From Cenarchaeum sp. (GTDB lineage Archaea; Thermoproteota; Nitrososphaeria; Nitrososphaerales; Nitrosopumilaceae): DNA of 64,000 nucleotides. Made by a program: the position numbers and the translations under genes. Below are positions 19,435 through 29,099 of the stretch, in pieces. Location: positions 1,344,001 through 1,408,000 of the forward strand of contig OZ242221.1 of the NCBI GenBank assembly GCA_965206845.1, in the 5' to 3' direction. The notes under the pieces are model-generated. The model saw only the letters and a list, made by a program, of their open reading frames with translations, was not told where the DNA came from and searched no databases. The first letter of the stretch is position 1. Every line of letters begins with the position of its first letter.

Positions 19435-20860
19435 TAGTTAGTTTCACAACCTAGGTCTTAATGGCACCTCCTTGATCCAAGCGCGGGCGCTTGCGACAAC
19501 TCTACGTTCATGCCCCTGCGATCGCCTCCCGTGCCACCGCCAACAGCCTGTTGTACATGTTGATCCTTATTGCGATCTCCTGGACGATGTTTTCCATCTT
19601 TACCGCGTTCACGGAACCGCCGAACATCCGCTTGAGCGACGAGAACACGATCTCCACCAGCCACCGCCGGCCGTAGCCGACCCGCCTCTTCCAGTCCTTC
19701 TGGTTCTGGACGCGCTCGCACTCGTCCAGCGCGGCGAGTCTTTTCGGGCCGGGATCGCTACCGCACAGCTGATCTTGGGCGGCCAGGCCGCGCGTCCTGC
19801 CCACCCCGCCGGCTCTGCTGTTGGCGTTCTTCTTTATCCTGATGAGCGGCACTATTCCCAGATTCTTGCAGTATTCAAATATCTGCCTCGTATCGTATCC
19901 GGCATCTGCCCGCAGCTCTATCACAGACTGCCCTCCGGCATGCATTGCAGGGCAGAAAGGCAGCATGCCGTACCGTTCTGCGGATCCCGCGGTGTCTGTG
20001 GCCCTCGTGCCTCCCGCTGCGGATCTTTCGGCGCGACTCCCGGCCTCCGCGGCATCTGTACCCTGTGCCTTGGCTGCCCCCTTCGCCAGGACCCCCGCCC
20101 TGAGGCTCTCCGAATCCAGGCCGAGCGCCTCCAGCGAACCGTCCACCAGATCCTTGAACTGGGACGAGTCGCCCTTCCGCTCGTCCGTTACGCGGAACGC
20201 CAGGATCTCCCGGGTCTCTTGGTTTATCATGGCGCTCAGCTTGATGAACCCGAGCGCCTTCCTGTGCTTGTGGTGTATCCAGTCGCTTCGCGTGGCCGGT
20301 GCCAGCCCGGTGGCGTCCGGTATCAGGCAGAGAACGTCGTTGCCGTTCCTGACCGTGGTTATGTTGTCTTCCTGCCGTATCTCCATGGCATTTATTCTCC
20401 GCCACAGGGTGACATGGTCAGGGGCATCCTCCTCGCCTAGGGCCGATTCGGCCATTCCCTGGCACATGCGGTACGGCAGGGGGCCGTGAATGGCCCGTAT
20501 TCCCGCGATAGACATTATGACGGTGTCGGGGTAACTGTAGGGGCGCCCGTTCTTGTTCATGTTCATGCCCTCAAGCTCCCTGTCCGAGCTGGGATCCTTC
20601 GTCAGATGTAGCAGCTTTCCCATCTCCACGTACCTGGCGTCGTTCTGGGTGTGGGTTATCTTCAGTCGCGATTTCTGTTTGATCGGGCCTGTCCCGGTTT
20701 TGTCCATGGATGTGACACCGTTGATCTGATCCTAGTACTTTTCGGATTAAAACAGTCAACCATCAGCTTGAATTCTGTTGGCCTCTGGGAGTCTGGCATG
20801 CGGGATAGCCTGCTTGAGGCGGTGATGCCTTGGTAGAAGACAATGTTGTGAAACTAACTA
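19435..20860 (-). mobile_element. 1426-bp IS5-family insertion sequence
   Basis: Perfect 16-bp TIR TAGTTAGTTTCACAAC (19435-19450 / 20845-20860); TSD GATTCTTG (19427-19434, 20861-20868). Confidence 0.92.
19508..20707 (-). CDS. IS5-family DDE transposase
   Basis: GRPYSYPD, PDHVTLWRR, DATG, ADAGYD and YGRRWLVEIVFS motifs. Confidence 0.92.
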   Translation of the reverse strand: MDKTGTGPIKQKSRLKITHTQNDARYVEMGKLLHLTKDPSSDRELEGMNMNKNGRPYSYPDTVIMSIAGIRAIHGPLPYRMCQGMAESALGEEDAPDHVTLWRRINAMEIRQEDNITTVRNGNDVLCLIPDATGLAPATRSDWIHHKHRKALGFIKLSAMINQETREILAFRVTDERKGDSSQFKDLVDGSLEALGLDSESLRAGVLAKGAAKAQGTDAAEAGSRAERSAAGGTRATDTAGSAERYGMLPFCPAMHAGGQSVIELRADAGYDTRQIFEYCKNLGIVPLIRIKKNANSRAGGVGRTRGLAAQDQLCGSDPGPKRLAALDECERVQNQKDWKRRVGYGRRWLVEIVFSSLKRMFGGSVNAVKMENIVQEIAIRINMYNRLLAVAREAIAGA

Positions 20861-20869
20861 GATTCTTGG

Positions 20870-21863
20870 GTACAAACTCACGCCCCATCGCCATTCGGGA
20901 GCGGGAAATGCGTATTTTCCGGAGGTTTTTCGTATCTGGCCAAGTATTGCATGCAATCTCGCACCTCAGCTGGAGTGGATCTCTGTTTTTAGGATCGGTT
21001 TTTGCAACATTTTCTGCAGTCTTTGTCCTCATTATCTGTTTGCCACCACTAGGGCCTTCTTGCCAAACGACGTGCCCGATATGGCCGGAAAGTCCGGCCC
21101 GGTGACATGGCCGCAGTCGGCACAGGCGTACTCCCATCCAATGTGCGCCACCGTCCGGATGTTGATGCGGGGGCCGTCAAAGTCATTTACCAGCCTGCAC
21201 CGGCACCGGCCCCGCTTGGTGTGGCGCCCCCCGCAGTTGGCGCACCTCGTAAAGACGTGCCAGACCTTCCTGACTGGCCTGTTTGAATGGCTGCATCCCT
21301 TGTGTCCTGCGGGCGGACCGGTCTTTTTGGACGACCCCGCCCCTTCCTCCGTCGCGTCTCCCGCTTCTTGCGCCATGTCCTCGCTCACCCGGAATCTCTT
21401 CTTGGTGTACTCGGTCTTTCCGGACAGGTTTTGGTGCTCGTAGCGCAGCCTTAGCGCCCTTGCCTCCGCCTCCAGCTCCTCCACCCGCGTCTTGTACCTC
21501 TCCACCAGGGCGGACTGGTCGGGGTCAGGCCAGCTGAAGCCCGGCGCCATCTCGTCCCTGCATCTCGGCGGCATGCTCCATCTTCATGGTGGTCACGGCA
21601 TCCAGCAGTATGCGGTTTGATTCGGCCAGGGTGTCGTTGGCATGGTGCAGGCGGCATATCTCCTCCCGATACGCGGCAAGCTGCGTTCTCATGACGAACC
21701 GCCCCCGTGGCCCGGTGCCTGACCCTCAGACGGGCTTTCCCTTGGCGCTATGACGACAGCCATGTGGGTGCGGGCGATCTGCCGTTATAGATCTGTTTTG
21801 GTCATCCTGCGCCTGTGGAGCTTGGTCAGGGTAGAGTCATTTCAGATGGACCTGAGGATGTAC
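20870..21863 (-). mobile_element. internally deleted IS66-like relic
   Basis: ORF 21574-21032 has coiled coil, GPPAGHKG, CxxCG and CxxCGH like the IS66 TnpC N-terminus, but no DDE domain. Imperfect ends GTACAAACTCA (20870-20880) / TGAGGATGTAC (21853-21863). Confidence 0.65.
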
Positions 21864-21876
21864 GCGGCACGCTCTG

Positions 21877-23601
21877 CAGTTAACCCAAAAGTTAGGTTAA
21901 CCTAATGCCTGCAAATCAAGCAATGCCCGACAATCCCCCGTATTTTGGTAAAAACCACGTTCAACTAACATGGCAGACGATCCAGAACACCGTCATCTGT
22001 AACGGTAATGCCGACGCGTACGGAATCAAAATCCGTACCGTGCATCCATGCCATGTTTGGAAAAACAAGAGACGCTCCACGCACGCTAAATTCGTGCCTG
22101 AACCAGAAAATTTCCCCAGACGGCGAGAACGGATACCGACATTCCAAACGCGGTGGCACGGGCCTTGCAGCATCATGTTGCCCGAAAGGGATTGCGGCCA
22201 GGCGCGTCACGCGCGGGATCCGCTGCTCAGTACAGAGGCAGATAGTCTGGATCCGGCGATTCTCCGGGATCGGGCCCGTGCCGGGCAAGTACAAATGTCA
22301 GGTTGACCTTCAGCTGCGTCTGCGTCATGCGTCGCTTGCCTGCCCCGGCCTGTTTGGACGTGACTGACAGCAGCATGTTTATCGCCACCCATGCATTGAA
22401 CATCACCACCGAATACAGGAAGCAGAATATGCGGGCCGCGGTGTGCTTGCTGCACGTCTTTGCCCTCATGTTCTCTATCATGCGGTAGCCCGTCTCTATG
22501 CCCCACCTTTTGGAATACAGTTCGGCATCTGCCTGCGGCATGTTGGTGGCAAACCCGATGAACTTTTCCTTCGGGGGCAGGTCTTCTGACTCTCCGCCCT
22601 TGCGGCTTTTCTTCTTTCTCTCGGTTATAATCATGGTGTATTTTACCGAGACGCCGTCGGCGTTAGTGATGTACATCTCGGAGACTGCAGGGCGAATGCC
22701 TGCGGCAAACTCGTCGATGGCGCTTACCACGGGATCCGTGTTCTTGCACGGCACGATGTAGCCTGCATCCAGCTCGTCAAACATGGCAAAGACGTCTGCA
22801 GAAAAGAATTCCCGGTCAAGCAGGACTGCCCTGACGTTGGCGCCTGCATGGCGACACTCCTCGACCAGACTGCGCACGGATCTTGGAACAAAACCAAACG
22901 CCCCCATGTGAATGGCTCCCAGCACCAGGCGCGGCCCGCCCTCGACGCACTGCGCGGTGGCGTACCGCTCGAATGTTCCCGTCCCGTTCTTTCTTTTTGA
23001 GCGTGTCAGGTCGCTGTCGCGCTTTTTGTCCCACCGCGGAATCAGGTGCATGTCAATGGCAATTACCATCCCGTCGCCGGACAGCTGTCCCAGACCACGT
23101 GCCACATCCATCTGCAGGCGCACCGATCTGGCAAAACCGTCCATCAGATCGTTCTTGTCCGTCTTGGAAAGAACGCCATTGAACCATTCGTCAGTCGGGG
23201 AGGCGCGGTGGTTGGTCTGCGCCCCGACGATCCCCTCGATCCGGCCCCGCACGGCAGAGGCCACCGAGCCGACCGAGGAGCCAAGCGTCACTGCCCACAG
23301 CATGCCACGGTTAAAGTCGTCCAGCCCGTATGTCGCGTTTGCCTTGTCAGATACCTTGATGCATGAGAGGATGTTCTCCTCTGCTGCCATTCGCGATGCT
23401 TCGTCGCGCATTTTGGGGTTGTTCATCAGATCCCGGCCCATGATGTTTGGCATGATGACTTGTTGTAAAAGATGTCTTTATGGTACGGTGCCATGCATTG
23501 CGCGAGATTGTGTAAAAAATTGCGCATGTGCAGGGTGCCGACGAGCCGCAAAAGGATTGGTCAATCAATGCATTAGAGCAGCCTAACTTTTGGGTTAACT
23601 G
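21877..23601 (-). mobile_element. 1725-bp ISH3-family insertion sequence
   Basis: 20-bp TIR CAGTTAACCCAAAAGTTAGG (21877-21896 / 23582-23601); 5-bp TSD CTCTG (21872-21876, 23602-23606). Confidence 0.92.
22227..23453 (-). CDS. ISH3-family transposase
   Basis: IAIDMHLIP, LLDREFFS, FATN and YSKRWGIETGYR motifs. Confidence 0.92.
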   Translation of the reverse strand: MPNIMGRDLMNNPKMRDEASRMAAEENILSCIKVSDKANATYGLDDFNRGMLWAVTLGSSVGSVASAVRGRIEGIVGAQTNHRASPTDEWFNGVLSKTDKNDLMDGFARSVRLQMDVARGLGQLSGDGMVIAIDMHLIPRWDKKRDSDLTRSKRKNGTGTFERYATAQCVEGGPRLVLGAIHMGAFGFVPRSVRSLVEECRHAGANVRAVLLDREFFSADVFAMFDELDAGYIVPCKNTDPVVSAIDEFAAGIRPAVSEMYITNADGVSVKYTMIITERKKKSRKGGESEDLPPKEKFIGFATNMPQADAELYSKRWGIETGYRMIENMRAKTCSKHTAARIFCFLYSVVMFNAWVAINMLLSVTSKQAGAGKRRMTQTQLKVNLTFVLARHGPDPGESPDPDYLPLY

Positions 23602-23689
23602 CTCTGTGAGCCATATTAATAAGATAGTTTCTGTTAGATACTTATGAGCGAGATGATACCTACTGGCACTTGATCCGATCTATTCCAAT

Positions 23690-24592
23690 GTGATAATATT
23701 TTCCAGTCTGCTTGCCCTTCTGAGCATCGGCCTTACACTCACATACATTACAACAAAGGTTCCAAACTTTGCACATGCGTCTTTTGCAACCATTGGGATG
23801 TATGTGGCACTGGTTGGAACCAGGGTCTGGGAGGTGACGCCCTATGCTGCAATCCCGCTTGCGTTTGTGCTGTCCGGAATCGCGGCGCTGTCGCTGTATG
23901 TATTCATCCTGAAGCCGCTGATCCGGAAGGGCGCCTCGTACTCGATCCAGATGATCGCGACCCTTGCATTTGATCTGGTGCTGATTGCCGTGCTGAACAT
24001 GTTTGCAGACGCTATAGTGCGGACGTACCACATCACGGCAAGAGAGTTTACCCTGCGCAGCTATGATCTGGATTTTGGCGGACTGCCCATGATCGTGGTT
24101 GCCGCGCCCGTGGCCATTGCTGCCCTTGGGATAGGGCTGCACATCACCATGCGCAAGACAAAGTTCGGCATCGCCATGAGGGCCACAACCGAGAACTCGG
24201 ACCTGGCAAGCACGGTGGGAATCAACGTCAAGCTGATCTATTCGGTATCGTGGATACTGGGAGGCGGGATTGCAGGAGTGGCAGGCGTGCTCATGGCGAT
24301 GTGGTTCCAGGGAGATCCCAGCTTTGGAGCCCTGTTGCTCCCAAGCACGTTTGCCGCAAGCATAGTGGGCGGGTTCACGAGCATCTACGGGGCCATTGCG
24401 GGAGGGCTTCTTGTGGGAGTGGCCGAGGTTCTTGGAACCAGGATGCTTGCAGGCGAGTTTGGCTCCTGGCTGATTGCGTACCGTCCGCTGGTTCCACTTG
24501 TATTCATTGTCGTAACACTGCTCCTCGCTCCGCGGGGAATTGCAGGAGTTAACTGGTCGAGGTTGTTGAGAAGGAATGGCTCTAGCATCTGA
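23690..24592 (+). CDS. livH: branched-chain amino acid ABC permease (start may be CTG 23663)
   Basis: GLTLTY...NFAHA and TKFGIAMRATTEN...GIN motifs. Confidence 0.9.
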   Translation: MIIFSSLLALLSIGLTLTYITTKVPNFAHASFATIGMYVALVGTRVWEVTPYAAIPLAFVLSGIAALSLYVFILKPLIRKGASYSIQMIATLAFDLVLIAVLNMFADAIVRTYHITAREFTLRSYDLDFGGLPMIVVAAPVAIAALGIGLHITMRKTKFGIAMRATTENSDLASTVGINVKLIYSVSWILGGGIAGVAGVLMAMWFQGDPSFGALLLPSTFAASIVGGFTSIYGAIAGGLLVGVAEVLGTRMLAGEFGSWLIAYRPLVPLVFIVVTLLLAPRGIAGVNWSRLLRRNGSSI

Positions 24593-25646
24593 ATTCATAT
24601 TTCTGATTGACCTGCTTGCGATCTTTGCAGTCTATGCGATCATCAACCTGAGCCTGAACCTAGAGTACGGGTACACGGGGATTCCAAACTTTGGAAAGGT
24701 GCTGGCAGTGGGCGTCGGAGCCTTTGTTGCCGCGTCCGTCCCGGGAAGGATATATGCGGCCATTGCCGGAATCGAGGGCGACTATATCTCAGACAACCTG
24801 TCGGTGGTCCACCAGATCAACATATGGCTGGAAAGCAATGTGGAGATCGGCTTTGCCGTGTTCGTCCTTATGCTGATTACGGCAGCCGGGGCGGGCGCCG
24901 TGGTGGGCGGGTTCACCTCGTATCCTGCAATAAAGCTGAGGGGCGACTACCTGGCAATCACACTGCTTGCATGCGGCGAGGGCATACGGATAATCGGAAA
25001 CAACTACACCCCCCTGGCGGGCGGCACGCTGGGCGTCCAGATTCCGGATCCGCTGTCGTTCCTGCCCGGTGAGCTGCGCTTTACCGTGGCAACGATGCTG
25101 CTCCTGGTGGTAGCAGGCATGGTATACCTGTACAGCGAGAAGATGGTCCGCTCTCCCTTGGGAAGGATGCTTAGGGCCGTTCGCGACAACGAGAATGCGG
25201 CCGAGTCCCTTGGGAAGGACACCAAACACGTGAGGATAAAGATCATCATGGTCTCAGCAGCCCTTGCCGCAATAGGCGGGGCGCTGTACGCGTCCTATGT
25301 GGGCGGGGCGATCGCCTTTGCGTACGACAGGGCAAGCTGGACGTTCTGGCCCTTCCTCATGATACTTATCGGCGGCCTTGCAAACAACAAGGGCATCCTA
25401 CTTGGCACGCTGATATTTGTGACGCTGAGAAAGACCATCACGTACTTCAAGGACTCACTGGACGGATACCTTCCCTTTGACGTCATCTGGCTTGACTTCC
25501 TGCTGCTGGGGGCCATACTGCTTGCAATACTGCTGTACCGGCCGCAGGGAATCATCGTTGAAAAATCCACGTATACCATACCCAAAAAGGAGTACAAAAC
25601 GCCACCGGGTCCCCTGAGAAGAATCACCGACTTTTTCCTGCGCTAA
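24576..25646 (+). CDS. livM: branched-chain amino acid ABC permease
   Basis: LNLEYGYTG, LRGDYLAI and SPLGRMLRAVRDNE motifs. Confidence 0.9.
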   Translation: MALASEFIFLIDLLAIFAVYAIINLSLNLEYGYTGIPNFGKVLAVGVGAFVAASVPGRIYAAIAGIEGDYISDNLSVVHQINIWLESNVEIGFAVFVLMLITAAGAGAVVGGFTSYPAIKLRGDYLAITLLACGEGIRIIGNNYTPLAGGTLGVQIPDPLSFLPGELRFTVATMLLLVVAGMVYLYSEKMVRSPLGRMLRAVRDNENAAESLGKDTKHVRIKIIMVSAALAAIGGALYASYVGGAIAFAYDRASWTFWPFLMILIGGLANNKGILLGTLIFVTLRKTITYFKDSLDGYLPFDVIWLDFLLLGAILLAILLYRPQGIIVEKSTYTIPKKEYKTPPGPLRRITDFFLR

Positions 25647-25795
25647 CTTACGCTTTGCCGGATAGTGCCTCCAGTCTGGGCTCCTGTGGGAGAGTCCAGA
25701 TGCCTGCCACGGCGCAGGCCAAAGCCGGGACTGAGGGCTGCCCCGCCAGGGGATAAAAATAGCTTAAAATCATAGTGGTATCACCTATCATGTGT

Positions 25796-25941
25796 GGGGT
25801 CGTAGCCTAGCCTGGTAGGGCGACAGTGCTTGGTCACCGCTAAGGGCTCCAGAGGTTGAATTCAAACTGCTGATGAAAAGATGATGTGAGTTTGGAGCTG
25901 CAGTGACCCGTAGGTCGCCGGTTCGATTCCGGTCGGCCCCA
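25796..25941 (+). tRNA. tRNA-Trp(CCA) with two introns (~25825-25843 at 28/29; ~25853-25905 at 37/38)
   Basis: Splicing restores the ACGGG-CTCCAGA-CCCGT anticodon arm; acceptor GGGGTCG/CGGCCCC; T arm GTTCGATTCC. Confidence 0.87.
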
Positions 25942-25947
25942 CATGTT

Positions 25948-28212
25948 CTAGCTCTGCCGCAGCGAGTTGAGCGCCGAGCCTGCCTGGAACCAGCGGATCT
26001 GAAGGCGGTTGTACGAGTGTGTCAGCAGAATCTCTCCCTCGGTGCCGTCGTTATGGGATATGGTACACCTTACTGGGGTACGGGGCGCCAGCCCGTTCAG
26101 GCCAGTTAGGCTGATCCGGTCATCCTCCAGTATCTTGTCATAGTCGGTAGGATTCGTAAACGTCAGCGCAAGCATTCCCTGCTTCTTTAGATTGGTCTCG
26201 TGAATCCTGGCAAAGCTTCTTGCTATCACTGCCACGCCTCCTAGGTATCTGGGTGTCATGGCCGCATGCTCCCGGCTGCTGCCCTCGCCATAGTTTCTGT
26301 CGCCTACGATTACCCAAGGTATGCCGCCCTTCTTGTACTGCTCTGCAATCTGCGAAAACGGCTCGATCGTGCCTGTCAGGGCATTTTTGCCCTGGCCGAC
26401 ATGCCCGCCAAAGGCGTTCACCGCTCCAAGCAGCATGTTGTCACTGAGGTTTGCAAGGTGGCCGCGGAAGGAGAGCCAGGCTCCCGCGGGTGATATGTGG
26501 TCCGTGGTGCACTTGCCTTTTGCCTTGATCATTACGCGCAGATTCGTCATGTCTCGGCCGTCCCAAGGCTCAAATGGCTCCAGTTTCTGCAGACGGCGAC
26601 TCCCGGGTTTGATCGACACGTCCACCTTGTCGGGCTCCTCTGACGGCGGGCTGTACACCCCGTGCGGTTTGGCGAACCCGTCCTTGGGAACCTCGGGGGC
26701 CGCAGGCGGAGGCTCCAGCCTGAACCTGCTGCCGTCCGCTGCAACAAGGTGATCCGCAACTGGGTTGAAGGACAGCCTGCCTCCAAGGGCCATGGCGACC
26801 ACCATCTCGGGACTTGCGATAAAGTTCATGGTGTCCCGGCGTCCGTCGTTTCTTCCGGGAAAGTTTCTGTTAAACGAGGTGATTATCGTGTTCTGCTTCC
26901 CGCTCTCAAGCTCGGGCCTGCTCCACTGACCGATGCACGGGCCGCACGCGTTTGCAAGAACCGTTGCGCCGATCTCCTGAAGCGACGACATCTGGCCGTC
27001 GCGCTCGATGGTGGCCCGTATGAGCTCCGAGCCCGGGGTCACCAGCAGGGGAACCTTTGCCCGGATGCCGCGCGCGCCTGCTTGCTTGGCAAGGCCTGCG
27101 GCCCGGGACATGTCCTCGTATGATGAGTTTGTGCAGCTTCCGATCAGCGCAACCGAGATCTCGTCCACATAGTGGTTGGATGCGGCGTCGTCCTCCAGCT
27201 GCGATATCGGCCTTGCAAGGTCAGGAGTGTGGGGGCCCACTATGTGCGGCTCGAGGGTCGACAGGTCGATCTCGATCACCTGGTCAAAGTACCTCTTGGG
27301 ATCCATCTCCACCTCGGGGTCGGGGACAAGAACGGACCTGTGCCTGGTTGCAAGGTCGGCAATCTCCCCGCGGTCCGTGTGCCTGAGGTAGGTCTCCATT
27401 CTGTCGTCATAGGGAAATATGGAACAGGTGGCGCCTATCTCGGCGCCCATGTTTGTTATGGTGGCCTTGCCGGTGCAGCTGATCGATCTGGCGCCGGGCC
27501 CAAAGTACTCCACAATGGCGTTGGTGCCCCCAGATACGGTAAGCAATGATGCGATCTTTAGTATGACGTCCTTGGGGGCCGTCCATCCGCTCAGCTCCCC
27601 GGCGAGATGGACCCCTATCCTTCGGGGGTAGAGGAGCTCCCAGGGCAGCCCTGCCATGACCTCTGCGGCATCCACTCCGCCGACACCAACGGCGACCATA
27701 CCCAGCCCGCCTGCATTGGGGGTGTGCGAGTCGGTGCCGATCATGAGCCCTCCGGGAAACGCATAGTTCTCCAGCACCACCTGGTGGATGATCCCCGCAC
27801 CAGGTCGCCAAAAGCCGCAGCCGTACCTGGACGCGGCAGACTCTAAAAACTGAAAGACCTCGCTGTTCTCGTCCAAGGATGTCCTGATATCGGTCTCGCC
27901 CTCGACTCTGGCCCGGATGAGGTGATCACAGTGGATTGTCGTCGGGATGGCTGCCTGCTTCACACCTGCGGACATGAACTGGAGCATCACCATCTGCCCC
28001 GTGACATCCTGGAGCGCCACCCTGTCTGGCATCAGAAAGACGTAACCCGCTTCCTGGTCCAGGCTCTCCTCGGGCATCTCTGCCAGGTGTCCGGACAGGA
28101 TCTTCTCGGAGAGTGTAAGGGGTCTGCCCACAACGCGCCTGTAAGCTGCCGAGTTCTTCTCCAGCCTCTCATACACCGACGACACCATCGCCTGCGTGGT
28201 CTCGATCTCCAT
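25948..28212 (-). CDS. aconitate hydratase (mitochondrial-like)
   Basis: DRVALQD, HCDH, GTDSHT, IGSCTNSS, ACGPCIGQW, TTDHIS and GSSREHAA motifs. Confidence 0.96.
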   Translation of the reverse strand: MEIETTQAMVSSVYERLEKNSAAYRRVVGRPLTLSEKILSGHLAEMPEESLDQEAGYVFLMPDRVALQDVTGQMVMLQFMSAGVKQAAIPTTIHCDHLIRARVEGETDIRTSLDENSEVFQFLESAASRYGCGFWRPGAGIIHQVVLENYAFPGGLMIGTDSHTPNAGGLGMVAVGVGGVDAAEVMAGLPWELLYPRRIGVHLAGELSGWTAPKDVILKIASLLTVSGGTNAIVEYFGPGARSISCTGKATITNMGAEIGATCSIFPYDDRMETYLRHTDRGEIADLATRHRSVLVPDPEVEMDPKRYFDQVIEIDLSTLEPHIVGPHTPDLARPISQLEDDAASNHYVDEISVALIGSCTNSSYEDMSRAAGLAKQAGARGIRAKVPLLVTPGSELIRATIERDGQMSSLQEIGATVLANACGPCIGQWSRPELESGKQNTIITSFNRNFPGRNDGRRDTMNFIASPEMVVAMALGGRLSFNPVADHLVAADGSRFRLEPPPAAPEVPKDGFAKPHGVYSPPSEEPDKVDVSIKPGSRRLQKLEPFEPWDGRDMTNLRVMIKAKGKCTTDHISPAGAWLSFRGHLANLSDNMLLGAVNAFGGHVGQGKNALTGTIEPFSQIAEQYKKGGIPWVIVGDRNYGEGSSREHAAMTPRYLGGVAVIARSFARIHETNLKKQGMLALTFTNPTDYDKILEDDRISLTGLNGLAPRTPVRCTISHNDGTEGEILLTHSYNRLQIRWFQAGSALNSLRQS

Positions 28213-28343
28213 GGGAATAAGGCGGGTTTGACCTGAATTTATTGGTTCCAGTAGTGGCGCTGGCATGCTCCCAGATGCAGGCGCTGGCTGCATACCGGCC
28301 GGCGTGCGCAATTTTTTTTAACTGCACTTGGTATAGTTCTGAT

Positions 28344-29099
28344 ATGGCTATACTAGAGATCACAGGGGTCAAGAAGAGTTTTGGCGGACTCAAGGTGCTT
28401 GACGGAATAGACCTGACGGTGGAGGAGGGAACGGTATGCCAGCTTGTCGGACCCAACGGCTGTGGCAAAACCACGCTGATCAACCTAATAACCGGACTTC
28501 TAGAGTCCGACGAGGGCAAGATCGTCTTTGACGGGCAGGATCTCACAAAAAAGGGACTCCTCCAGAGCTATCAGGCCGGATTGATTCGGACATGGCAGAC
28601 GCCCCAGCCGTTTGTAAACCTTACCTCCTCGGAGACCCTCATGACGGCAAGTCCGGACAACCCGGGCGAGTCGTTCATATACGCCTTGGCAAGGGGCTTG
28701 TGGAGTGGTGCAGAGCGTTCCATCCTGAAGCGCAGCCGTGGCGTGGGAGAGAGGATCAACCTGATAAAGAAGAGCGAGACGCTAAGCGGGAACCTCAGCG
28801 GAGGCCAGCAGAAGCTCTTGGAGCTTGGGAAGACGATGATGGCCGGCTCAAAGCTGATTCTACTTGACGAGCCCATTGCAGGTGTTAACCCCAAGCTGGC
28901 ATTGGAGATATTTGGGAATATTAGGGACATGTGCAAGAAGCAGGGAATTACATTCCTGTTTGTGGAGCACAGGCTAGACATCTCGTTCCAGTACACGGAC
29001 AAGGTCTTTGCGCTGAACCGGGGGAAGATAATCGCCGAGGGCACGGCAGAAGAGGTCGTAAGCCACCCCGAAGTAATGGAGTCATACCTGGGTAATTAG
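28344..29099 (+). CDS. livG: BCAA ABC transporter ATPase
   Basis: GPNGCGKTT, LSGGQ and LLDEP motifs. Confidence 0.9.
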   Translation: MAILEITGVKKSFGGLKVLDGIDLTVEEGTVCQLVGPNGCGKTTLINLITGLLESDEGKIVFDGQDLTKKGLLQSYQAGLIRTWQTPQPFVNLTSSETLMTASPDNPGESFIYALARGLWSGAERSILKRSRGVGERINLIKKSETLSGNLSGGQQKLLELGKTMMAGSKLILLDEPIAGVNPKLALEIFGNIRDMCKKQGITFLFVEHRLDISFQYTDKVFALNRGKIIAEGTAEEVVSHPEVMESYLGN

